NCBI GenBank assembly: GCA_013239625.1
Contig: MU057202.1
Coordinates: 2,927,101 to 2,991,100, forward strand
Length of the DNA stretch: 64,000 bases
Reading direction: 5' to 3'
Origin: Lama guanicoe
Taxonomy: Eukaryota
The notes below the pieces were generated by a model, which did no database searches, had not been told where the DNA came from, and was given only the letters and a program-made list of their open reading frames with translations. Positions 24,301 to 36,300 of this stretch are shown here, piece by piece. Numbering within the stretch: the stretch's first letter is position 1; each line of letters opens with the position of its first letter. The translations under genes and the position numbers were made by a program.

Positions 24301-27300
24301 AGACAGCCTGCTCTGCCAGGGAGTTGCCGAGGACGCGCGGCCGCTGCAGGCCCTGGCGGGGCCGCAGGTGCAGCCCCCACCCCCCTGAGAAGCACCCAGG
24401 GCTGCACTGGATGGATATTCTCAGCCCCTACAAGTGCCTCCCTGCCTGAGCCCGGAGAACCGCGGGTTGTCAGAACGCTCACTTCCTAGGGGTTCCCACT
24501 GCTGTGCGCGGGCTCTGTGGCAGACATGGGGGCACCCGCTGCCTGCAGAGGTGCTGGGTGGTGGCGCCCCCGTGTTCTAGTCAGGCTCCGGCTGTCACGG
24601 CACGAACTCAGAGCAGTGCTGGCTGGCGGCCATGGCTTTCTCTCCCTGGGCAGTTTGGTCTGAGTTCCCTGCCTTTGGTAAGTCCCACGAGTGCCAGCGG
24701 GTGCAGGGCGATCGCTCAGAGATGAAGCTGGCTGAGGCAGGGAAACACAGTAGCCATAGTGGACCCACAGTAGCGCCTGTTGCTTAGTGAAGGGGTTTGG
24801 TTAGCTTCTTAATGAAGGGCTTAAATTCCTGCTGCTGTGCATGTGGTCATTCTTACAAAACTTGACAAGCCCCCATATCAGACGATAGGTGCTTACTTCC
24901 GATGAAAAGGATTGTGTTTGGATTCTAGTTGGAACACTGTCAGGCGTCAGCCTGGCGAGGGTTGCACAGTCCCTGTCAGTGACGTGCTTCACGTGCACGT
25001 GTCCGGGGTGTGCTCGGCAGGGGGTGTGCAGGCAAGTCTGGGAGAAGCAGTGGTTTGGGAGAGGCGGTTGGGCACAGCAGGGAAGCTCGGGCGTGGTCTC
25101 CGGGATGCTGGTGCTGCTGTGGGCTACAAAGGGAGGTCACCCCAAATTGCTGGCTTCTCAGAACAGCAGCTGTGCACGCGCAGAGAGGGAGATTTAGCCA
25201 AAAACACCTCTTGAGAATTTATTCACATAATTTATTTTCCATAAAGCTTCTCTTTACATGAATTGTGTTTGGTAACATTAAAATGCATTTTATTGGCGAT
25301 CGTAAATTGGCTGCTAACGAGAGTAGGGCTGAGAAAGAGGCCTAGTGTGAGCACGTCCACGGGTCTCTGTGTGTGACCACGCAGTGACCACATGGCGACC
25401 ACATGGCGAATAGTCATTTATCCCCTGTCAGAGAAGAAGGGCCGCCCTCACCGGGTTTCGGAACCGCAGCGTGTGACCCTGAGGGACACCGGCTATGCCC
25501 AGGGTCCCGCTCCTCGTGTCAGAGGACTGAGGGGTCCTCACACACTTGCTGTCGTCACGGCTGAGCTCATGGTGACAGGCCCCACTCAGTAGCACAACAA
25601 CAGATCCTTCACGGGTCACGCCTAGGGCTCTCACCGTCTGCCAGCTGGAGGAGATCCTGATGAGTGGCCGTAGGCAGGTCGCCCCCTGGCTCCGGCAGCA
25701 CCCTGAGCTCTGGGGTGCGTGCGGTCGTGCAGCCCCAGAGGGCCCTGACGTCAACCTCAGCCTTCCCATCCCTGCCTGGAACCGTTCCTCCCAATTTATG
25801 CAGCGTGTTGCTTGTGAAATTCATAAACAGTTTGGGCAGCCATGACAAAAGCCAGATGAAACCCAGCCCGACACCAGCCCAGGAGCACAAGGCGTCCCCC
25901 GAAGGCTCCTGAAGCCTCTCCGGAGGTGGCGGTAGCTCGAGGAGCGGCCCAATGCGTCACGCGCCTCATCTCGTGCATTGACGCGGGCCCCGAGCTTCGG
26001 GCAGCCCCGAAGACTGTGAGCTTCTAAGGGTCATCTTTCCGCTTGTTCACCTTCCACAAAACAAATATTTGTGTTCTGAACTGTTTTAATGGTAAGAAAG
26101 TTCAAGTTACTGCTGCAGGTTTTTCATTGAATAGGTGTTTCAGAAGTGCCAGGTAATTTAATTAAAGATTTAAGTGATTGAAACAGAAAGCCAGTTTATT
26201 TTTCTTATAATCCAACTGGTAGTTTTAAAATAAAGCTGCTAGAATCTTTCTGTTGTTTCAGATGCCAAAAATGGACCAAACTTTTTTTAGTAAAATAAAT
26301 ACATCCTTTCTGAATTGTCAGAAGGCAGATTTCTCAAACATTTATGTGGCAGGTGCTCCGTCTCGTGTTACTTTCAGAAGATGTGACTCCTTCTCAGTGG
26401 TGAGAAGCCGGGGTTCAGGCAGGACTCTGGCGTCGGGTCAGGGCAGGGGTGTGCCGTGGCGGTGACCCTGCCCCCCGGGGCACCCCTGTTCTCCTGTCAG
26501 AGGTTTTCCCCCTTGTGTTGGCCAGATTGCTGCTGTGTTTCTGGTCCCCCAGCTCGGCCTTCTTACCTGAGAGATTGACGGCGCTAAAGGGAAGTTAGGT
26601 GGTAAGTAGGTTAAGCCTTCCAAAATTTTGAGGTGCTTGAAATAAAGTTTCTGGGTAATTTCCTGTGTTACCAGAGATACTTAAGCCATTATTCCTGGGG
26701 TGATGTGGGAAATAAAGCTAATTTAGGCTGATTGACTTTGAGGGTAGCGGGGGTACTAGAGGAGTCTAGAGTGACACCCTTCATCCTCCAGAAGGTTCTG
26801 GTAATGTTTCTGCAGGCCTGTCTGCCAGCTCTAGGGCCCGCTTTCGTCCATGGTCACGTGTCACCGTGTCAGCAGGGAGCCCGGCCTTCCCATGCCTGCA
26901 AGGCTGGGTGAGGAAACAGCCCTCGGGGGCCCATGGGAGCCGTGCCAGCCCCGGGCCCTCCTGGTTCCCGTTTCCCTCGCTTACATTGGCCAGAACCTCC
27001 TCGCTGAGCCACGGCTGCCCTTTCCCTGTTCTCGTCCGCAGCACTGCTCGCAGACGCCCACCTGTGAGCAGCGAGGAGTTTCTGATTAACCAGTCGTAAT
27101 GATGATTACTTTTTACACCAAAAAATGAAGCTTCCCTTTCATTTGTAAATTTTTTCATTCATTTAACGTGGTGTTTTGCCTTCACAGGAACTAAGTTTAA
27201 TAGGTGAAGTCACCTTTTCATTCCTTCCTCTTCAATCAGTTTGAAAGTGTCTGCCTTTAGGCATCTGTCTCCTGCCTCTGTGTCAGTGGGACTTCGGGGC

Positions 27301-30300
27301 GTCGGCTCGGTGCCCCGGGACCGGAAGGCGCTCCAGGATGGTGCTCGGCCGGAGGACAGCCCTCCCTCTGCAGCAGGGCCGAGTCTGGGGTCTGGACCGG
27401 CCGGGGGCTCCCCGCACGGGGCCGCTTGCTGGGGGGCTTGCGGGACTGGTGCCCCTGCCTGCGTTCTTGGGCAGGGTGGGCCCTGCTGGCGGTGCGCAGC
27501 CCGGCTTTGGCGGAAGGAGATTACTTCCAGGGCGGCAAGGAGCGGGTGAGTGTGGGGAGCCCGGCAGGAAGCTGGTCCTCAGGTGCAGCTGGTGATGGGG
27601 TTCACGGGAGCCATCCTCCCTCCTCGACTGAGTGGCCGCCCTGCCGCGCTCACGCCTGGGCGCAGCGTCACCCTGCTGAGGTGCAGACGTGCTGTTTGGA
27701 GGACGACACTGACCTCTTGTCCAGTGTTTGGTTCGCTTTAAAAATACCGTCTAAACATGGGAGCTGGCCGCACAGGGCTCACGTTGCTTGTCCTTGAGAA
27801 GAGCCGCGGGGGTCTTCGGCAGCGTAGGTGGTTAGGTTGGGAGCCGACGGCCTCTGTCCTGCGCCGGCCCAGGAGTGGCGTCAGGGGCTGGGCACGGGGC
27901 AGCGCCCACCCTCTGGATGCAAGCCTTCTCCTCCCCCTCCTCCGTGCCCACCTTCCTCAGCCGTTCCTCCCTCTGCTGGCTTCACGGTTTGACCGCCGCA
28001 GGTGGAGGGTGGTCCTTCCGCTCTGTCTGGTGTGATTCTAGGTTCACGGAGGAGTTAGATCCTGAGCGCTAGACCCAGTGCCAGGCATTTGTAGATAAAT
28101 TAGTAGACACCCTAGAAGGTGGAGCCTGTTTGAAATTCCAGCTGTGACCTCGGGATGGTGCCTCTCAAAGCCCTTCCCCGTCCACACTGAGCTCGTGTGA
28201 GCTTCTGTTTTTCCGCCTTCAGGTAAGTGAGCAGTAGGTGGCTGGGGCTCAGAAAGACGCGCGAGTCCGAGCGCAGGCGTGGAGCACCGGCCCTTCCCTC
28301 CACACCGTCCACGTTCCTGAGAAGTGATCCTACTTACTCGCCTCCTACTCTGAGTTCCAAAAGTCAGATCTGTGATTTGTTTTCTGTCCTTCGCTAAAGC
28401 CAGGGGCCCGGCCCCACCCGCCCTCCCGGTGGTGATGTGGTCACCCTCCTGGGGCTGCCGAGCCTCGCCTGACATTCGAGGAAATCGTGTGATTCAGGAG
28501 CCTGGCTGGAAGAGGCCACCCTCGAGAGGCAGGGTGTGCAAGTCACAGACAGGCCGGCCCTGGGCTTTCTGCTCTGCTCCAGGCCTTTGGCAAAGCCAGG
28601 CAGGGCTGGCTGCCTTTGTGGGGCCTCTTCTGTGCTTGGAGGCCAGAATGTAAATATCGGGACGTTTCAAAATAAATCTCATGAGAAGTCTTGAAACAGT
28701 GATGACTGTGGTTGGGACAGGACTTACAGGCTGAGGAGACACAGCAGGAAGCCGCTGTCCCCTTAGAGGATTTAACCCTCCCCCGACCATGCCCACCCCC
28801 GACGTTGTTGTCCTGTTTTCAGGGCCGTCCCTCACACCTTAACTTGCTTCCACGTCAGGGTCGGAAGGGATCGTCTGGAAGGTGGCCGAGTTTCCAGGCC
28901 GAGTCCAGAGTTCTCTCCATTTGTGATCATAAGTGGAGTTTCCTTTTGCCTGAGGTTGAGGCCCTTTTAAATGGATGTTTGACCGCGTTAAGCCCTTTCA
29001 CACACTCGGTCAGTCCTGCAGCGCCCAGCAGGCTGCTGCACGGACAGTCTGGTTGGGACACCGGCCCGCCGGGGGAGGGTGGAGCTGGAAGCCGAGAGCC
29101 TGCTGTGTGCTGCCCGCACCTTCCCTCTTCCCGGAGGGAGCTGGAGAGGGGCTGGTGGGCTTGCAGGCGGCTCTGGGAGACAGGTGGGGGTCCTGTCCCC
29201 AGCCTCTCCTCCGGGGGAAGGGAGTGCTTGCCGCCTCGCCGCCCTCTCCTCTCCCCGTCGGTCAGCGTCCTGCCTGCCTGTCCCGTGTTGGCCTGGGCCT
29301 CGCTGATGTAGGGAGGGAAAGCGGGGTCTTCCCTCTTGGGGGCGCAGAGCCCTGGGCGGCGGTGTTTTCTCCCCTTGAAAAGTCTGAGCTGCGGGTCCCC
29401 AGAGGGCCCTCTGAGTGCCTTTGTGCGGCGCGGGCACTCGGCAGTGGGGCTCACCCGGGACCCTCTCTCTTTCAGAGGACTACCCCAACGGCACGTGGCT
29501 GGGGGACGAGAACAACCCTGAGATGCGGGTGCGCTGCGCCATCATCCCGTCCGACATGCTGCACATCAGCACCAACTGCCGCACAGCCGAGAAGATGGCT
29601 CTCACGCTGCTGGACTACCTCTTCCACCGCGAGGTGCAGGCCGTCTCCAACCTCTCGGGCCAGGGCAAGCACGGCAAAAAGCAGCTCGACCCCCTCACCA
29701 TCTACGGCATCCGGTGTAAGTGCGCCGTGGGAGGCCCTGGGGGGGAGCTGCGGGCGGAGGGCGCTGGCCGCATGACTGGCCACAGAGCCCGGAACGAGCT
29801 TCTGGATGGAGCATTTCCTTCGGTAAACGCTGTCCAGTGCCCTACCCGTGGGAGAGACGCCGCCGAGTGGGGCCTCCCAGACCCGGGCTGCCCCTGTCCT
29901 GGGGCCGCTCCCGAGGGCTGCACGGGGCAGGGCCGGAGCCTTCCCGGCCTCCCCTGCCCGTGGCCCTCTCCAGGGCTTCCTGGGGACACGCAGGGCGCCG
30001 CCTGCTTCATCCCTTCCTGAGGTAGCGGGGTTCTGGGCCAACTCGCTGGCGGTGGTGGGCGATCTCGTAGTCCCGACCTTCATCCCCGGTGGGGCTGTGA
30101 GGGTGGGCGGTACACGCTGTGTCGTCTTGATGACACTTGGCGGGACCAGGGGCACCCATGCTCTCCCAGCAGCATGTGCTGGCCTGGCCTCACCCAGGGC
30201 TCGTTGACCGTCCAGCCTGCCTGACCGGGAGGGCTTTCAACGTGGCTTAAAATAAAAACGTGAAAGGAGGCTGGTGCCCATGAGACGCGAGGCTTCCCAC

Positions 30301-33300
30301 AGGAGGTTGGGTTGTCACGTCTGAAGCCCCGGCTCCGGGGACCAGCCACAGCTGGCGTGACATTTAAGTCTCGTTTAGCAACATGGAGAGAAAGTGAACT
30401 ACCCAGAGCTCACCGTCTCGTGGTGGAGAAGGGATGTCATCCTGCCACCGAGCACCTTGTCCCCCCCACGGGGCTCTCTGACGCTGAGCCGTGGGACTCG
30501 GTCGGGGCGCTGAGTGAGAGGGGCTGGCTTTTGGAAGCATGTACAGAAGGGCAGAGATGCAGTTTCCCATGTCTGTTTACACGGCGGTGCGGGCAGCTGG
30601 GTGGTCCTGGTGGCAGGCTGTCCTGACAGCTCCTGAGCAGAGGGGCCTGGGCCTGCTCCCAGCAGGCGGCTCGTCACCCTGGTCCCCTGGCTCTCGGCCG
30701 TGGGCGTCCTGACCCCCGTGTCTGTCATGGAGCCTGAGAATAATGGAGTAGCTGACCTCAGCCTCGAGGCGGGGGGTGGAACAGCTCGGGGGGAAGAGGA
30801 GCCGGGTGGGCTAACTTCCCCGGCTGAGCGCTCCCACCTTAGGCTTTTTGGGTCGAAGGGCCTCTGTTGTGACGTTCCAGCTCTGGAAGCAGCAGAGGCA
30901 CTGGTGCCGGGGGAGGTGCCGTGCGGGCCAAGCAGGCAGGCCCCTCTTGTCGGGGAGTCGGCCCCCACCCAGCTCCCCTCACCCGGGGGATGGGTGGCCT
31001 AGGGATGAGGGTCCTGCCTGGTGTCGCTCCTCAGGGGCTCCATCCCTGCTGCCCTTCCGTCGCGTGTTCCCAGGGCTGCCGTCACTGAGCACTGCCAGTG
31101 GTTCCCTCCTCACAGTCTGGGGCCCCAAATCTGAGACCCAGGTGTTGGCAGGGCCGCACTCCCTCCCGGGGGCTGGGGTGAGTCTCCCTTGCCTCTTCCA
31201 GGCAGCCCACGGGAGCCCACCCTGCCCCCCGCCCCCCGCCGCGCGTGCCTGTGTGTGCCGGCTGTCCTCTCCCTGAGAGGAGGCCAGTCACACTCCCGCG
31301 GGGCCTCAGCTCAGCTGAGTCACTCACGTATGCAAAGACCGTGTTTCCCAGGGAGGTCACGTCCTGAGGTCCTGAGATGGACATGAACCTGGGGGGACTC
31401 TTCGGAGTATCCAGGGCCTGGGTCCTTTAGAACGGTGTGTTCAAGTGCTGTGCCTCCCATAGCCCCTCCGGGCCCTGCCCCTGTCTTTGGGGGGTCGAGG
31501 CACCAGTTTGGAGAGCTGGGGGAAGTCGCAGTCAGTGTGGTGGGAGGGCACCCGTGAGAAATGGGGAGGGGGCCCACTGGTCACCTTGGAAGGGCCTAAT
31601 GGCGACCCCTGGGTTCTTCTCCCTATGCTCCAGGTGTGACACCCCTCCAGCGGGCTCCCCTATGTGGGGAGGGGCCCGCCTGGCCCTGAGGCCAGAGGCG
31701 CTGACCTGTGGTGCGTGGAGCGGCCAGGGCCATGCTGGCCCCCTCTCCCGGGAGCACGCCCTGGGTTGCCCCTCACTCGGGGGTGACGATTCTCTTGTTT
31801 TCCCAGTCAAGCCGAGACTGTCACTTTAAGGAATGCTTCCCTTTCCCTTGGCCTGGAGGTCAGGTTAGGTGGCCTGTTTTCCATTCCTTTGTGGCAGATA
31901 AGCCCCATGCCACCCACTGAGGACCGAGGTTATAAGCTCTCTGCCTGCGTTTTGTCTGGCCTTCTCCCACAGTGCGTCTCAGCCCCTCCAAGGGCCTCGT
32001 TGGAGAGCTGGGATCTGGCTTTAGGATGGAACCACCAGTGTCAGGGGTGGGCATTCTGGAGAGGGGAAGGCCATCGGCAGAGATGGGACCCCTCTCAGAT
32101 ATTTGCGGGGGGTGGGGCGGGCAGGGCTCCAGGGAAGGAACTGGGAGCAGGCTCGGGGGGGGCTGCCTTTCTCGGGGGTGCGGGCGCGGGGCTTGCCCTA
32201 GGGGGGCGGGGCTTGCCCTCCCCAGGCCTCTGAGAGGCCCCAGTGGCTTGTCTGTGGCCGAGGTGAACTCTAGCTCCCCAGGGCCTGCGTGCGAGGCAGC
32301 CATGGTGGAGGCCCTGCTGTGGGAAGGCGAGCGAGCGACCCACCCCTCCTCCCCGGGCCCGAGCGTCCCCAGGCTGGCCGGGCGCCCTCTGTTGTTGGGC
32401 AGAGGGAGGCGCTCCCGGGGTTGGTGTGGCCCCTTCTCGGTGCGGGTGGGCGGCCTGAGTTTAAGGCTGGTTCTCACTCCTGACTGGTAATTCGGCTGGG
32501 AAGATAATGACATTCTTACTTTGTGAGGTTCTCTTAGGAGCATCAAGTGACTTGAGATAAGATGCCTCAACAAGTGTGAAATACCAGTGAATTCAGAATA
32601 ATCTCATCTCTCACTGTAAGCGCTTCCCTCCTCCATTCACTTTGCTGAGGTTGCCCGGAACTGTCAGAAAAGATGGAGAGTGCCTTTGAGAGGCCAGAGC
32701 AAACACCGGCTCTGGCCCGCGGTGCCTGCCCACAGGGTTTCCGAGGCAGAGCGGGCCCGCTGTGGCCTCCCAGCCCCACGGCTCCTTCAGGGGAGGGGGA
32801 CACGGGTACTGCTGATTCTTGAGTCAGTTTTTCTTGGCATCCATTGCGAGGGTATCTGCCATCCAATTGGAGTCTTGAGTCGCTGCTGGAAGGAGCTATG
32901 TAATAAAATGTCTTAGAAGAATTTAAAAATGGGTAATGTAGAACTACGCGAATGTATGTTTCTTCTTTGAAGGCCGTAAGCCAGGTTTTGAACTGGCAAA
33001 TCGGCTTTTGCAAAGTTAACTTAAGTGTTTGTATTTTCACTCATTTCTCATATACGTGCACCCGCGTGTGCCTTGCACACGTCCTTCTGCGTTGCCGACA
33101 GGTTCTGGAACTTTGTATAACCTCATGCATCCCTGGAGGCATCCGGAAGGCATTTCCCTAGGGTGGGAAGGCGAGAGGGGTCGGAGGGTGGTCTGCAGGG
33201 TGTCTGTCGGTGCTGGAGCTGGCACCTGGTAAGATGGTCGGATGCCACGCGCCACCACTTCTCTGCTGGTTGTTCACCCCTGTGCAGCTGTGGTCAGCCG

Positions 33301-36300
33301 CGGGCTTGTCCTGTGCCTGCGGCTACAGTCAGTGTTCGGGTTCCCGGTGACTGGACACCTGCACTTCTCATAGCTGGGTTCTCCTTCCTGCGACTACAGT
33401 CTCTTGTCACCAAAGTTGGTAGCCGGCTGGAACTTTGTGAGTTCCGCTTGCGCTGAGAGCCGTGCAGGCATGTCGCCCTCCCTCAGTAAATGCTGACTGA
33501 CTGACGCCTCTGACTGACTTGAGAAGACCTGAGAACCAGCAGAGACCTGCTGCTTCCTCTGTGTCTCCTTTTCTGCGGGAGGACAGAGGGGCAGGGACTG
33601 CCCTAGGCTCTTCTCTCTGCTCCTGAAAATCCTGCTTCTCCTGAAGCCAGTTTCTTTCTCTCTAGAGTATAGAAATTTTGGTTGTCATTCTGTTTAGAGT
33701 CAAAGATGTCCTAAGCGTCAGCTCGCAGAAAGCCACGAAGTGTCTTTCCAGGACAGAAGAAACTTTGCTGACTGCAGTGCTGAAGAAGATAAGCGCTTCC
33801 TTTGCTTTGTTTTGTTTCAGTGTCTCGGTCTCCATAGAGTACGTTTCAGGGGTTGGGCACCCGTTTGTCTCTCAGCACATGGTCCAAACTTGGTGCTCTT
33901 AGTCAAAACAGGAAGTTTTTCAGCTTAATCTTTTTATTATTAAATTTTTGAATTTCATCCATTCATTTTCCCGTTAATCAGTGAAGCTTCATGACCAGTG
34001 AGCGGGGGGTCACCCTGTTGAAAAGCATGTCTTGTGATTCCCACGTTCCTGACCGTTACTTTCTGTCGATTCAGCACAAGGAGGAGTGAGAGGTGGTCCG
34101 CTGAGAGGCAGTGGGCGGACAGGCTGGGGGGTCTCCGTCGGCCACCCACCCTGGTGGCCTCCCTGACCCCCGCCTCCTCCTTGGTGAGGGGTCTCGCAGG
34201 CTGGCGGGTCCCACACTGAGAGCTCAGCGTGATGTAGGGGCGACAGTGCGGGTGCCAGCGCTGAGCACAGGACAGACGCTGAAAGACTGCAGGACGGCTC
34301 TGCCCCCTGGGTCCCGTGGAGGTGATGCCCACTCAGCCGGGGGGCGGGGACTCCACGGGGTAAGGATGATCTCTGCCTTAACGGCGTTTTATTCTGATTG
34401 AGGAGACAGGGCTGATCAGCCGGCCCAGGCTTGGGTGGCGACGGAAGAGGGTCTCCAGGTAATCGTGACCACCTTTTCATCAGCAGTGTTCAAGCATCTC
34501 TTATGTGCCTGGATACTCTGGGTTCTTGGCCGACATGGGTGAGCAAAACAGAGGTCCCTGTGCTGTGGGGGAAACAGCGTGAACCCAGTAGATACAGAAG
34601 TTCTGTAAAGTGTTAGAGGACCTGGATGGGGTGGAGGCGGGAGGCCCTGTAGGGTCAGACAGGCTGGCTGAGGGGAGTATTTCTGAGGTCATGTTAGAGC
34701 CCAGACTTGGAGGAGGAAGGAGGCAGCCAGGCGGACACGAGTGAACCGAGGAAAACCGAGCTGGGCTGGCAAGACTGTGGGGACCCTTGGCTTCTTTCTC
34801 CACATTCAGGCATGAGGTGTCGCACGTGAAATTCGGGTGGGCGGTTGGAGCATGGAGCATCCAGGAAGCTTGTAGGGGCCTCGCCTCTAGCTTTTTGCCC
34901 CTCTCCGGCTGATGTGGGCAGTCAGAGCAGACAGTTGGGAAAATAAATAGCGGAGAGCGTCGGTCACACATAGCAGCCTCGGCTGAGGGGTCTCCCGGCC
35001 CCATCGCACTGCCTGCTCGCTCCCCACCGGCCTCACGGAGCCTCCTGCCCTGTGTCCTGCAGGTCATCTCTTCTATAAGTTTGGAATCACGGAATCTGAC
35101 TGGTATCGAATCAAACAGAGCATCGACTCTAAGTGTCGGACGGCTTGGCGGCGGAAACAGCGGGGCCAGAGCCTGGCCGTCAAGAGCTTCTCCAGGAGAA
35201 CCCCGTCCTCCTCCTCCTACGGAGCCGCAGGTGCGCGGTGTGGGGCGGCCGGGTGAGGCCAGCGTGGTTCTGTGGGTGCGTGGCCCCCGAGGTGCCCAGT
35301 GGGGGTTTCCCAGGGGGAGGGGGTGCCCTGGGCTCCGGGGCAGGAGGAGGGGCTGGGCAGGACCTCCGGGAGCACCGCTTCACCGCCCCGGCACGGGCGC
35401 GCTGTCGTCGTCCCGCCCGCGTGGCGTCCGCGGTGACGCTGCTTACTGCGCGGGGGCAGGGCCTCCGCTGTGCTCATCTCAAGGTAGCGGGGAACTCCTA
35501 GACTTTCCTTTCAGGTGTTGAAAGGAGGGGTTGTTTTTCCTGGAAAAGTTCGCCAGGAGCGACAGTAAGTCCAGCATTGCTTGTCACCCAAGACGTCTCC
35601 AGACATTTTCACAGAAACAGTTTTCAACTCTGGCAGAGGCTTCCTGGCAGCAGCTCTCACACCTGAGCCCTGACCACAGTCGGGGCCGGGATCAGGGGCG
35701 GCCACGGGCAGGGGGGCCGGAACTCTGGTTCTGGAAGCAGACTGGGTCACCTGGAGTCCGCACAGGGCCTCGTTCTTTCTGAGCCAGACCTCAGGAAGCG
35801 GTTTTCCTCGGCAGTTTGGTGGTTGTCAGATAACTTGCCTTTCCCTGCCCTGACTGCCCTGAGGTGGCCGGTCTCGTGGGCCTGAGCACGGCCTCTGGGG
35901 GTGGCCTGCACTGAAGGGTCTGTCGGCGAGGAGTCTGGGCCTTCCTCTCACCATTGGGAGTTGCGTGTGGGAACTCAGGTGGCAGTCGGCGGTCTGCTGG
36001 GGGTGGCCCTGTGGTCCTGAGCGGGCAGGCGGAGGCCAGCGCGGACTGGTCTGTCGTCCCCTCCCGCGGCCGCACGGCAGCACTCGGTGCGCATCCCCGT
36101 CTCTGGAGGCGCCGGGACACGTGCGGAGCAGGGCTTCTCCCAGCTGGCCTGTGGGCGGGCCCCTCGGGGCCTCGTAGAGTCAGATCTGGTTGAGTACATC
36201 GGGGCGGGGGCCTGCACCTGCGTGAGGCCCGAGCTGGTCTGGAGCCCATGTGAGCAGCGAGGGCACTGGGTCCCGAGGTGGTGGCTGGGCTCCTGGGCCG

